The notes: a model not told the origin generated them from the sequence alone. A stretch of DNA of 63,822 nucleotides, filler included, from Octopus bimaculoides (GCF_001194135.2; 5 parts of 5 records of this genome joined end to end with filler, not necessarily neighbours in it), one strand, 5' to 3'; shown: positions 27,826 to 38,994, numbered from the whole stretch's first letter. Numbers and translations are program-made.

Positions 27826-30800
27826 NNNNNNNNNNNNNNNNNNNNNNNNNNNNNNNNNNNNNNNNNNNNNNNNNNNNNNNNATATATATATATATATATA
27901 TATATAATAAAAATTAGATGAATGGAGTAGATAAAATTCAGGCGACGACATATGTTGAAAGTAGTAATTATCCAAACGAGGGGTAGAGCGCAAGCTACAC
28001 TTCAAGGCCAAACATACCTTGATGATATGAAGTTCACATTGTAGATCAAATTCCCTCCAAGTTAACATGGGATCTCCTAACAACAATGCACACTTCTTAT
28101 AATCAAGGTACCCTTGGGCTGAAGAATAGCTTGCAGTCTACCCATCAATATATATATTTATTTATTTATAGATGATAAATAAAAAAAAAACGAACGATAT
28201 ACACATACACACACATGGCAGAAGTAAATAGACACTCTTATAATCATTAAAATTTATTTAAATCTAAAATTATATTTTCAAATTATTTATTAACTATTAT
28301 AATGTGAATATCTAATATTTAGTAGACATGCCCTTTGCATTTTTCAAAGCAAGGACCCTATTAGAATAGTCATCAGGTGGTGAATATTCCCTTCTGGAAT
28401 TTCTTGCCGAGTTTCATGTAATAATCTCAAAAGATCTGGCTTTTAGGATGCTTTGTTCTTTTCATGAAGTGTTTTGTCCATTATGCCCCAGAGTTGTTTA
28501 CTAGGGTTCATATCTGGTGACTGGCGTGGCCATGGAAGCTTTTTAATGCCATTCTCATCCAACAAATCTTGAGTCATTTTATCTGTGTGACAAGGAGCCC
28601 CTTCTTCCATAAATAAAAAGTCTTCTTTAAACATTTCACCACTGGAGAAGACCGGAAGGAGTCCTTTCTGCGATATGGACCCATATTTACCTGAGTTTAT
28701 GTTTCCCTCTCACTCCACCAGCTCTGATTGACCCTTGTTCTAAATTACTCCCCAGACCATGACAGAATAGCCAGTGTTTCATTGTTGGCTGCGATCTTTT
28801 CATGCTAAATTCTTGGTCACTGAGTCTCCCCACCGACATTCAACCAGTGTCAGAAAATATGAAGAGACTGACAGAATAAGTACTGGGCTTTAAAAAATAA
28901 TAAACAACTTGATTTGTTTGACTAAAAGCCTTCATGGTGGTGCTCCAGCATGGCTGCAGTCAAATGACTGGAACAAGTTAAAGAATACAGGAATATATGA
29001 TAACAAGAAAATGAATAAGTTAAAAATAAAAAAAAAAAAGAAGAAAAAGTGAATCTTACAAAAGATAAATTAAGGAATTCAAACTTATTGGCAGAACTTG
29101 AGAAGGCACTGCATGTGACGAGGTTGACGTGTAAGGTGGGTAGTAAAGTGTTGAGATAAAGTAGCTGGGCTTTAAACAGTTTCTCTTTGGCATAGTATTG
29201 TCTGCAAAAGTGGTTGTGGTTTGATGCATGGATCAATGGAGCAACAAAGAGAAAAGGAAAAAGAGAAAATGTAAGAAATTTTAAGATACATGTAGACTTT
29301 GAAATATATCAAAGATGTTGTTTGTAGTTTATCGAAGGGACATCATTATGAAACAAGTATGGAGGTCATCATCCTGATCCTCGTCATCATCATGTAAATA
29401 TTGTATTGATGGATATTTGTCCTCATCCAACACAATGTTTTGGCTGATATACCCTCCAGCCTTTATCAGGTGTCTTGGGGAAATTTCAAACCTGGGTTCT
29501 CATTCCTAAGGTATTTTTCCATGTTATTATTATCATTATTATTCCAGGTCACTGCCTGTAATCGAACTCGGAATCTTGGGGTTATTAGCCCGCGGGCAAT
29601 TATGGAGTGAATTTTAGGGTTTATAAATCTAATATTCTCCTATCCTTCCTCAATACCGGTTCCCATATGCTGTTCATATCTGCACTCGGTCTGCTTAGGA
29701 GGTTGTTGTGTTCTAGCATATGTGCTGCTTCTTTTAGTTTTCCTATTTTCCAGTGGTGTTCTCTATTATTTTAACTTCATCCCACAGGAGGAGGTGGTCT
29801 CCATTTCCCCATACATGATCAGCTATACCCGATTTATCAATATGTCCCTGTGTCACAGCTTTGCGATGTTCCTCTACCCTTATTTTGAGGGGGCAACATG
29901 TTTCACCTTTGTATAACCTACCACAGCTGCATGGGATGGAGTGCATGCATTCTTTGGTCATATTCTCTTCTATTGGTGGTTTTACTTGATGGAGATATTT
30001 GCAAAGTGTTGTATTACTCTTGAACACCGTCCTGATGTGATAGGGGCCACATATCTTTTGTATCTTTTTGGAGAGGCCCTTCACATACGGTAGACAGACT
30101 GTCAAATGTAAATAATGTACATGATTCCTCCTCTCTTAAATATACAACTGTATTACAGTATATTATTGCTAATCTTCATTTAGGCAAATATCGCAATCTT
30201 GTGTTTAAGACTCAACTTTAGGTATAAAGCCAACCTAACCGCTCATTCTATATACCTAGATTGGTGAGTCGAGGCAAGAGAACATGATTTCCAAGCTGTC
30301 ACACTGCCAGCATAAGACCAAGTCCAAGATGGAAGGGTGAGCAATGGTCCTCATCTGGGAGAAGGTAGGACTGGAACATACTATCTTTGTGTTGCACTTT
30401 GATGTTCAGTTGAGTAGCAGCAGGTGAAAGACTTGTTGACTCAACAATTCCTACAACTAGGATGAGGAGGAGGTCAACACTCACCATCACCACCACAGCA
30501 ACAAAAGCAACAACAAAAACTGCTGCTCCATTTTCAGTCACAACAATGACAGCAACAGCATCATATTTGAGAGAGAGAGAGAGAGAGGGAGAGGGAGAGA
30601 GCATGATGAAAGATGGACGAACCTTTTGACTTCCTCAAGAAGCTGAGTTTTCATTTCATTAATTCTGTGTAACATGGACTCATAGAGTTTTAAGATGGCG
30701 TCCTTCTCTGCTTGTGACTTCTGCTGTATCTCATCCAGTAGAGAACGTAACAACTGGATGCCTTCTTTCACCGAGTTCTGTAGTTCTTGGATTGACTGAA

Positions 30801-31456
30801 ACACAAATAAATAACAGTCTTAAGGATCCACATACACACGAAACCTTGTAGTATGCTATGCAAATCTCATACACAGTTACTGGTTACCTGATGTCAACAT
30901 AGAGTGGAAATGCTCCTGCTACTTGATATACATCGAGAATTCCAAACTCTGCGTAGAGTTTATTTAAAGAGATGAATAAGAGAAAATAGAATGAACAACA
31001 TTCTTTATTTAAAATCTCTACAATCGTTTTGACATATTTTTATACTCGTAGTCCTATTGATGATGTTATATAATCAACATGTTGTGTAATGCCTGTTTAT
31101 GAATGAAAACTGTATCGAAACAATTGTAGTGATTTCAAATAAAGAATGTCATTCTATCCATTTTCTATCATATATCTCTCTAGCTATACATATACGTATA
31201 CGTATATCTTAGCTCTTAGATCGTCTAAAGCTATCAGCACATTGCACAACAGGCCTTCTCCCGATATCTTGACCACTTGCCTTCTTCTTGGTTCCACTCA
31301 AAGCAACTCTCATCACTATCATGTCATCCTGCAGCTCATCTTCCTTCGTCTCCCTCACAGTCTTTTTACCCTCTTTCCAGCATCCACTCCATCACATTGA
31401 TAGTATATCTCTCCTGCAGTAATCAAAGCACATAACCAACAAACAACTCACAAACT

Positions 31457-31498
<42 letters not shown>

Positions 31499-32191
31499 CT
31501 ACCCCAAATTCACCACACAACATTCAGAACGTGTATGAGTCAATTCCTTGATATATCAAAGCTGTAATCGATGCCAAAAGTGGATGGACTCCATATTGAA
31601 TAGCAAAACTTGTAATTAACAACCATACCAGTAATACGGTGGACACAGGTGAGAGAGAGAGACTACTTACATGAACGGCCTGGTCCAGCTTGGTGCCACT
31701 CTGATTGTGCGCCGTTTCTAAATCAACACAATGTGCACGACTTTCCCTGCAAACCACAGCAAACAAATTAGAAAAACACCTTTAGTTACGCATGTACACA
31801 TACACACAAATACACAGGCATACATACAAACACGCACATGCATACACACATATGTACACATACATATACACACGCATCATAATATCAAGTCAAGTGGTTT
31901 AATAAACAAAACTGACAATTTCTGGAAACTGAAAAAATTTCCGTTTTTTTTTTCCTTTAAAATCCTTTCAAGTGAGAACAGGGACAAGGATGAAATGCTT
32001 CTCAGCATTTTCTCCAGCATGTTAACGATTCTGCCAAGCTTGCCCTGAAATTTTAGGAGAAAGGGGTTCAACAGCACAGAAAAACTGAACAAAAAGCCAA
32101 AATACTTACACTTTCATATCTCGGAAACATTTGATGCAGACCATAACTTTCTTCTCGGTAGAGAACATAATGAATTGCTCCCCATGGAGAG
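11808..32191 (-). CDS. RNF207: RING finger protein 207 ortholog (RING/B-box/coiled-coil E3 ligase), multi-exon, partial: 10 coding exons traced, 5' RING/B-box exons and 3' terminal exon not located
   Basis: Ten GT-AG exons splice in consistent phase into one 1363-nt open frame. Peptides match human RNF207 as I recall it: ESRAHCVDLE, LLPTLHVNLVTCSAFSSSANKFEFL vs LLPTLQVHLVICSSFLSLANKAEFL, LMERLQ, CLEPLL, PFADHC vs PFAEHC, QELHRDLT, RIANEQELY vs RVANEQEIY, AQLND vs AQLHD. Confidence 0.95.
13438..13489 (-). CDS. RNF207: RNF207 exon (52 nt, phase 0-1): HWEDSVQRIANEQELYQ
   Basis: Acceptor tgtcattgtag, donor gtgaga; matches human IWEEAYQRVANEQEIYE. Confidence 0.93.
13700..13786. ncRNA. Inverted pair of degenerate type I hammerhead motifs
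   Basis: Minus copy: gacagt aTGATGA tggc...cttcgaag TT actgtc (6-bp helix I, palindromic helix III). Plus copy: TGAtggc...ggct GAAA ctttgaag TC actgtc. Confidence 0.6.
14598..14985 (-). mobile_element. Near full-length tRNA-derived SINE (head type A + tail type X)
   Basis: Minus strand begins gtggaggcgcaatggcccagtggttagg (A box) ... ggtttcgattccc (B box) and ends in (CAA)n. Confidence 0.85.
16487..17475 (-). mobile_element. Probable solo LTR (~1 kb), Gypsy-like
   Basis: Minus strand runs TG...GTTACA with TATAAATA near 17280 and AATAAA near 16642; CpG-retaining and non-coding. No clean target-site duplication found. Confidence 0.55.
18360..18617 (+). mobile_element. 5'-truncated RTE LINE 3' UTR copy with (GAT)n tail (example; many further copies on both strands)
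   Basis: ...ggaagggcatccggctgtagaaac...aacccatgccagcatggaaagcggatgttaaacgatgatgat. The same sequence is contiguous with the RTE ORF at 34510-35000, and the RTE ORF 3' end near 26480-26580 runs into its start. Confidence 0.75.
21712..21897 (-). CDS. RNF207: RNF207 exon (186 nt, phase 0-0): DLIQKLDHLKLEAQELHRDLTLRRCL...PPLEK
   Basis: Acceptor ttctttcattgtctcag, donor gtcagt; QELHRDLT identical to human. Confidence 0.93.
21894..21985. repeat. Three tandem 27/28-bp units that duplicate the RNF207 3' splice site
   Basis: ctgagacaatgaaagaataccaagatc / catgagacaatgaaagaataccaagatc / ctgagacaatgaaagaataccaagatc. Confidence 0.95.
23089..23434 (-). CDS. RNF207: RNF207 exon (346 nt, phase 2-0): low-complexity N/S/H/T linker ending KGPFADHCNEFDVVHR
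   Basis: Acceptor ttttcatgtccccag, donor gtaggt; open frame (ORF 23014..23427); PFADHC matches human PFAEHC. Confidence 0.88.
23867..23953 (-). CDS. RNF207: RNF207 exon (87 nt, phase 2-2): CLEPLLFPNLCREFTSSSNNSNTFTPTV
   Basis: Acceptor ttttctctatccag, donor gtgagt; CLEPLL identical to human. Confidence 0.92.
25760..26580 (+). mobile_element. RTE LINE 3' portion (post-RT domain and start of 3' UTR)
   Basis: DSFHYLGD...KFREPLPLLATKGLSLRVKGRL...AMLHGSGTWAV...LCWYGHVMRMDEDR, RTE-clade C-terminal motifs. Confidence 0.85.
26580..27040 (-). mobile_element. RTE (BovB-like) LINE 5' fragment: 5' UTR and AP endonuclease N-terminus
   Basis: DRPERRTVLITKELRRLNVDVAALSETRW, the characteristic RTE APE start. 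Confidence 0.85.
27307..27407 (-). CDS. RNF207: RNF207 exon (101 nt, phase 0-2): VLMERLQSLALQKHPLRPTQGSQVNTDHKNEFA
   Basis: Acceptor gtgttgacag, donor gtaagc; matches human ELMERLQGIVTRPHHLRPIQSSKIASDHRAEFA. Confidence 0.93.
28310..28830 (-). mobile_element. Tc1-like transposase 3' fragment
   Basis: FMEEGAPCHT...LPWPRQSPDMNPSKQLWGIM is a decayed FQQDNAPCH...WPxxSPDLNPIENLW; ends NAKGMSTKY*. Confidence 0.9.
29060..29201 (-). CDS. RNF207: RNF207 exon (142 nt, phase 2-0): QYYAKEKLFKAQL...ANKFEFLNLSF
   Basis: Acceptor cacttttgcag, donor gtaaga; strong match to human QYEEKDKAFKEQL...ANKAEFLDLGY. Confidence 0.93.
29400..30160 (-). mobile_element. Penelope-like element 3' part: GIY-YIG endonuclease, 3' UTR and pseudo-LTR
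   Basis: LPYVKGLSKKIQKI...IPCSCGRLYKGET...KIRVEEH...SGIADHVW; the downstream repeat is shared with 56596-56770. Confidence 0.9.
29430..29473 (-). ncRNA. Degenerate minimal type I hammerhead ribozyme in a Penelope pseudo-LTR
   Basis: acac CTGATAA a ggctg gagggtatat cagcc AAAA ca tt gtgt; helices I and II pair and the core differs from CTGATGA/GAAA/CGTT by G>A changes. Confidence 0.7.
30623..30795 (-). CDS. RNF207: RNF207 exon (173 nt, phase 0-2): coiled coil SIQELQNSVKEGIQLL...LLEEVK
   Basis: Acceptor tttgtgtttcag, donor gttcgt; heptad-rich open frame in phase with both neighbours. Confidence 0.92.
31671..31746 (-). CDS. RNF207: RNF207 exon (76 nt, phase 2-0): ESRAHCVDLETAHNQSGTKLDQAVH
   Basis: Acceptor gtggtttgcag, donor gtaagt; ESRAHCVDLE identical to the human motif. 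Confidence 0.95.
32110..32191 (-). CDS. RNF207: RNF207 exon (82 nt, phase 1-2): LHGEQFIMFSTEKKVMVCIKCFRDMKV, B-box region
   Basis: Acceptor ctctctattgcag, donor gtaagt; matches human LHAEPYLLFSTDKKLLLCIRCFRDMQK. Confidence 0.93.
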
Positions 32192-32509
32192 CTGCAATAG
32201 AGAGAGGGTAAGAGATAAAGGCGGTGGAAAGTTTACGTACCCGTAACTTAGCGGTTCAGCAAAAGAGCCTGATAGAATAAGTACTAAGCTCACAAAGAAT
32301 AAGTCTTGGGATCGGTTCTTTTGACTAAAAAGCAGTGCTCCAGTATGGCCACAGTCAAATGACAGAAAGCAGTAAAAGAGTACATACATCATCGTTTAAC
32401 GTCCACCTTTCAAGCGGGCATGGCTGGGACTAGACGTATTTTCTCATTCATTTAACATTTGAACGATATTTTGAAAAAAAAAAGTGTTTAATATTTAATT
32501 TCATATTTA

Positions 32510-32540
<31 letters not shown>

Positions 32541-33232
32541 TTGAGAAACTAAATAGAAATTGCAGGTTCCTTTTGATTAAAATACCAGCATCTTCAAACA
32601 TAAGCTTTCGAATGCTGTTCACCTGTATTTTGAAGTTGCTAACGAATTCTTCACCTGGCAAGGATTTCTTTCAGTTGTCTGCCTCTTCTGAGGACTCAAG
32701 ACTCACAAATATAGGGGTACAAAACTTCAGTCTTGAGATAAACACTACACACACACACACACTCCTATCTTTTATCTTTTACATGTTTCAGGCATTAGAC
32801 TGCGGCCATTCTGGGGCTCTGCCTTCATGAATTTTAGTCAAGCAAATCGACCCCAGCACTTATTTTTCTTTGTTTTCATTCCTGGTACTTATTCATTGGT
32901 CTTGTATTGAAAGGGCTAAAAAACAGAAACCAAACTTTACTATAAAAGCATAACTCTTGAAGCTGACCTGCTAAACATAGCAGCTAAAATGAAAGAGTGT
33001 ATTCTCTACAGACTTTCAAATTGAGTGTCACACTTCATTCTTTCTTAGAAGAGATTGGGGCCTACAAAATGTTTCTTGCCCTCTCTCCCCAGGGGCTTAG
33101 TAATAGAAAACAAATACAAAACAAGAACTCACNNNNNNNNNNNNNNNNNNNNNNNNNNNNNNNNNNNNNNNNNNNNTTAATTAATTAANNNNNNNNNNNN
33201 NNNNNNNNNNNNNNNNNNNNNNNNNNNNNNNN

Positions 33233-33525
33233 CTCATCCAGCTATTCTGATTATATGTCTGTGCACACGTTTGAATGTGGTGTGTGCCAGAGGGTTTGCA
33301 AATCCAATGGGGGTCTTAAAAGACATGTTAGGATCCACAATGAGCAGAACTTACTTGCAGGTATTGGTAGTGCAAATCAGAGGTGCAATCTGTGTGGGTG
33401 TTTTTTCAAAACACTGTCTGGTTTAAAAAGCCACATCAGACGCCATGAAAGGGCTAAGGTGTAGGTGCAGGAGGTGGTCAAACTCTGTTTAAGGAGTAGA
33501 CAACCACCATGTATCTATGTATGTA
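33233..33525 (+). mobile_element. RTE LINE 3' end encoding C2H2-like fingers (not a host zinc-finger gene)
   Basis: CGVCQRVCKSNGGLKRHVRIH...CNLCGCFFKTLSGLKSHIRRH* followed by a short UTR and simple-repeat tail, typical of RTE ORF C-termini. Confidence 0.65.
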
Positions 33526-33559
33526 TCAACTATAGCTTGTGGTGAAGTGGTAAGGGAGG

Positions 33560-34330
33560 TAAAAGGTTGATGACTTTTATGATGGAGATAATACATATAA
33601 TGAAAGCAAGAAAGTTAGAAAGACTATTGTTTAAGTGTGAACAGGTAGTGGTTGCATATGCATATGTTTGTGGAATTATGATAGTTTGATTATAAATATT
33701 GTCCCAAGTAAATGTGCATGGTAAAAGAGATTAAAGAAACTAATAGAGAACTAAGACCATATGGTGTAACAACCTCTCTTCATTTCAGAAACAAGAAATT
33801 GGGTATTCAATGTGCAGGCTATTTATCATTGAGCTCGATATCATTATGGTATTGCATAAAAAAGTTAACAAGTCTTTGGCCAGTTTATCCAATATATGTA
33901 GATCTACATACAAAGCACCTGAGACTGAGATATTCTGAAATACAGCTGAAATAGTCACTGGTGTGAAAGGAGTGGATGTTGGAACTTAGTGAGAAATGGA
34001 CAACTGCGACAGAGTGGGTGGGTGTAGGAGAGAGATTTCCTTATAAGAATTGTGGGGTGAGAGAGGAGCTGAGGATCAGAAGGCTGCACATATGCTTGAA
34101 AGAGAGGAAAGGTAAATTAGGGAAAGGGCTGGAAGTAACAGGATCAAATTTGAAGGAATTGGAAATACAGTTGAATGGTCCATTGGAGAGTTAATGTGGA
34201 CAAATAGTAGGATATGGAAAGGGAAGGTAGTTATTTGTTGAGAGTGTAGTACTTTGATTGACTTTGATTGACAGTTTATTGCAATATACTGGGAGACTTC
34301 ATACAGTCTTCCTCTATAATTTCACAAACA
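33560..34330 (-). mobile_element. Decayed Penelope-like GIY-YIG region
   Basis: Minus strand reads CFVCRSTYIG*TGQRL, the CxxCxxxYIGxT motif, with stops. Confidence 0.6.
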
Positions 34331-34449
34331 GGATACACTTGCAACATGTATTGAGTTTTCTCTTTCTTGTTCATCTGACAAAAATCAACATCTGAACACA
34401 CAATCTCTCTCTTTCTCTCTCTCTCTCTCGTTCCCTCTCTTTATATATG

Positions 34450-34501
<52 letters not shown>

Positions 34502-34509
34502 TATATATA

Positions 34510-36440
34510 TATCAGCATCATCGCCATTGTCATTTAATGTCTGCTTTCATGCTGGCATAGGTTGGATGGTTCAGTTGAGAACTGGCAAGCCGGGAGGCTG
34601 CAGTAGGCTCCAATCTGATTTGGAAAGGTTTCTACAACTGGATGCCCTTCCTAATGCCAACCAATCCAAAAGTGTAATGGGTGCTTTTATGTGCCACCAG
34701 CATGGGAGCCAATCAGGTGGCACTGGCATCAGTCACACTAGAATGGTGCTTTTTACAGTCACTGGCACAGGTGCTAGTCATGTAGTACTGACATCGGCTG
34801 TGCTCAATGGGTGCTTTTTATGTGTCACCAGCAAGGGTACCAGTCAAGCTGCACTGGCATTGTTCACAACTATGATTTCACTTGGCATATTGCCCAATGA
34901 TTTAAGGGTGCTTTTAAATGGGCTAGTTATGCAACACTAGCATCAGCCACAACTATGATCTCACTTGGCTTGCCAGGTCTTTTCAAGCATGGCATATTTC
35001 CAAAGGTCTCAGTCACTTGTCATTGCCTCTGTGAGGCTCAACATTCAAAGATCATGCTTAACCACATCATTGCATGTCTTCTACATTTTCCCTCCACTGT
35101 TAAGGTGTGACACTTCTTCACACAGCTGTCCTCATCCATAAGCATCACATGATCATACAAGCACAGTCATCTCTCTTGCACACCAAATCTGATGCTTCAC
35201 ATATTCAACTTTTCTATCAGGGTGCTTACACATCCAACGAACCATACTAGCGTCATTTCTTTCAAGCCTACGCATGTCCTCAGCAGTCACAGCCCATGTT
35301 TCACTGCTATGTAGCATGGATATTTGCATACAGGTATTATACAGTCTACCTTTCACTCTGAGAGAGAGGCCCTTTGTTACCAGCAGATGTAGGAGCTCTC
35401 TGAACTTCACCCACTCCAAGAGCATCTGCCCCAGCTATTGACTTGGTCACCTAGGTAATAGAAGCTATCAACTACTTCTAATTTTTTCCCCTGGCATGTG
35501 ATGGAATCTGTTTTCTGTAATCTTCAGTGTTTATTGCACCTGTGCATCTTCCACACACAAAACCTATCTTCCCAGTTAACTTTGCTTTGATATTGTTGCA
35601 CCTCTTATGTGTCCATAGCTTATACTGGGTACATCTTATGGAGTTTCTACTTATGCCTTTTCTACAAATTGAGAAGGGCCACTTACCTGAAGGGATTTGT
35701 GATTTGTCCGCTTTCCTACTTACTACGACTTTGGTTTTTTGCTAGGTTAACTCAAAGGCCCTTCGATTCTAGACATTGCTTCCACATTCGAAACTTCTTC
35801 CCTAATTCTAGTAATGACGCAGCTATTAGAGCAAGATCATCAGTATAGAGGAGCTCCCAGGGGCAGCCTGTCTTGAATTCCTCTGTTAATGCCTAGAGGA
35901 CTATGATGAACAAGAGGGGCTGAGGACTGATCCTTGGTGAACCCCTACTACTACCCAGAATTCTTCACTAGACTCGTTGCCAGCCCTCACCATACTGACT
36001 GCATCACTCTCCATGGCTTGTACAGCTCACACTAATCACTCATTTATCCCAAGTTCCTGCATTGACCACCAGATAAGGGATCAGGAGACCCTGTGAAAGG
36101 TTTTCTCCATGTCAATAAAAGCTAAGTACGGAGGTTTATATTTGGCTAGGAATTTCTCCTGCAGCTGTCTTACCAGACATGTAGCATCAGTGGTGCTTTC
36201 CCTGGCAAAAACCCAAACTGCATCTCATCTAAACTAACTCTATCCCTAATTAGTTGGCCTATGACCCTCTCCATGACTTTCATCACCTGATCCAACAATT
36301 TGATACTTCTGTAATTATTTCTATCTAAGGCATCACCCTTACTTTTGTAGCAGTTGACTATGGTGCTGCTACACTAGTCATTGGGTATAACTCCTTCATG
36401 TATCACCTGGTTAAATGTATGGGTGACTAAACTATATCCT
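34510..36440 (-). mobile_element. RTE LINE, RT domain through 3' UTR, 5'-truncated and frameshifted
   Basis: GVHQGSVLSP, YxDDLALIA and WVKFRELLHLLVTKGLSLRVKGRLYN motifs; ends in the (GAT)n-tailed UTR. Confidence 0.9.
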
Positions 36441-38994
36441 ACACCACCAGATATTTTAAGCATATATATACATATATATATAAATAGATAGATAGATATA
36501 TATATTTATATCAAGGGAGATAGGGTGAAAATGACCTGTCTCCAGCATGCTTGAAGTGCCAATACCTTCAAAAATCTACCAAAAACTAGGTATAATTATA
36601 TACATATGTACATATGTACATTATTATTAATTTAATGTGTTAATTGCCTTTAACATGTGACTTGGGATTATTTAAAAGTGATTAATAAAACAATCACAAG
36701 CATTCAAGAAACGTTTATTTGAAGGAAAATAAAAAATATGTTTATCATTCTACTGTTTCTTATACTTGGCTTTTGTTTGTAGTTCTTATTTTATTGACAA
36801 TATTTTCAGTTAAAGATATCAATTCTGTTTTGTATCATTGGTTGAAAATCAGAACCTTATTTCTCTTTAAAATTACAAACAGTGTTTCCTATTAAGATAA
36901 TTCTAATGATTTTCCACATTGTAGGCCATCTTCTAGAATTTTGCAGTAATCAGTGAGTCTAGTTCATCAACATTAGGTTCGCTTTTGCTATTTTGAATTA
37001 TGCTGACAATGTGAACAATTGCAAACAATTCCTCATTTTATTTGATAAAACCATCTAATTCTTCACTCCTTTACGAACAAACTATTAATCATGTCTGAGT
37101 GTAGATTATTTCTTGTATCAGAATCATTAGTAGTCAACGTAAAATGGCATTTGTACATGCATTTAAGGTGGTTTTTATGAATTCCACGAATTGCTATTGC
37201 AATTATTATCAATCAATGCATAACACTGAATTTGTTTTGTACTTTTGGAACAGTAAGGTTTCTTCTTCCACAAGATCCAGTATCTTTTTTTTTTTATATG
37301 AATGTTTAAATTTGTCTTAAAATTAAAAATTATACCTTGATCTAGAGTTTAGGCTAGTAGTATCATAATAGATGATAAAAGAAGAACATTAATGCTAGAG
37401 TGTGCTAACTGACTGAGATGTGACGGAGCATTATCAATTAGTAATATAATTTTGAAGTTAAAATTTTCTATACATTTCAGCTTCAGGAGCAAAATTTTGA
37501 TTAAAATAGTTTTTTAATACTGCAACTATACTAATAAACTGTTTTGATTTTTATATTTTATCTTCTATTTGCATATGTATTAAGAGTCCTGTTAATTAAT
37601 GAAAGAGTTAGCATAACTCATAATAATAATGTGATTCAATCTTTAGAGGCTTTGAATCTATTGTTTTTTCAGATTTTGATATATAAATCCTCATTGCCAT
37701 TTTTTTTTCTAGAACAAACAAATTACATTGGCATTAAACATTTGTTTTTAAGAATAGAAACCATCTTCAATTATTTTTGGTAATTGTGGTACAAACTCTT
37801 CAGCAGATTTATTATTGTTTCATTCACTTTTAGCACACTTTGATATTATGTAGAAAGATTACAACTAAAAATTTTCCATACTTTCTACTCAAAATCTAGT
37901 TTGTAATTGATAAGTATATTGATTTGACATGTTGACTTGATAAAAAAAATTCTTCCAGCTTCTTTGTTTATTGAGTAAAACTGTGTATTAGTGATCATTT
38001 TGGATATTATCTTCTGTCTAAAATAAGACTTTTCCTATTACTACATATTAAGATGCTTATCTTCTTTATTTCTTCTCATTTTTTAGCACTTACTCTTACT
38101 AACCCTATCCCTTATGAAGTTAATTTATTATTCTAATTAACATTTCTAGAAAAAAACAACTGTCTTACATGACTTTAGTTTGACATTTTAAACTATTACT
38201 GCAACTCAAAGATTTTGAAAGAAAAGAAATATTTAAAAAATGATGTATCGACACTCAATAATGACAAAATGGTATATCTATGCAGTAGTTTTCATACAGT
38301 GGGACCTCATGTATATAATATAGTAGAGATGCTGATTTTGAATAGCCTCACAATATTGCTGAAGGCAAGTACATCAGGTGAGCATTCTACATACTAATAA
38401 TACACATACAGTAGCATCACATTTATATCACTTGGAACTTTTTTTCTTTATATTTGATGATTGCTTCATCCTAATCATTCTGATTTAGTTTCATCCTTCC
38501 ATGTATGTGGATATCCATCAGCATAGGACTTTATAAAATTATAAAATACGATATGGATCAAAAAGTGAAATGATAGTGAAACATCTATACATGATTGAAT
38601 TTAAGTAACAAAAGCTTGTACAACACTTTTACCACTCTGTTAGTCATCATAGTAGGTTCCAGGAACATGCATTACAAAATGACCACTACGATTTTGACTG
38701 CAAGTTTTATGTCAAAGTATTTTTTTCCTAGAAGAGTTGCCTTCCCTATAGCTTTGTTAAAAATAATGGGAGCCTTCTCTACCCTTGGGAAATCTATTTA
38801 GCCCATTGATGGGACCCTAACAGGTACTACTGTTCGAGGTTAGAACAGGTCTGGGAGTAATGATAATTAAGGGTTGATGCCATGTTCCTCACAACTCCAG
38901 AACTCCCAAACTGGAGCCTCACCAACAGATGCAGTTTAATGTCATACATTTATATATATACATACACCCATGCACATGTGTGAGTGTGTTATTA

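Noticed and set aside
29088-29089. Alternative donor aa|gtttga in the 142-nt RNF207 exon
   Set aside because: It gives phase 2 and drops the conserved FEFL residues; the gtaaga donor at 29059 keeps homology and phase.
33255-33464. C2H2 zinc-finger ORF, tempting given the cephalopod C2H2 expansion
   Set aside because: No TGEKP linkers; motif and tail match RTE LINE C-termini.
36480-38200. Very AT-rich stretch that might be an old DNA transposon
   Set aside because: No transposase motif or terminal repeat could be confirmed by eye.
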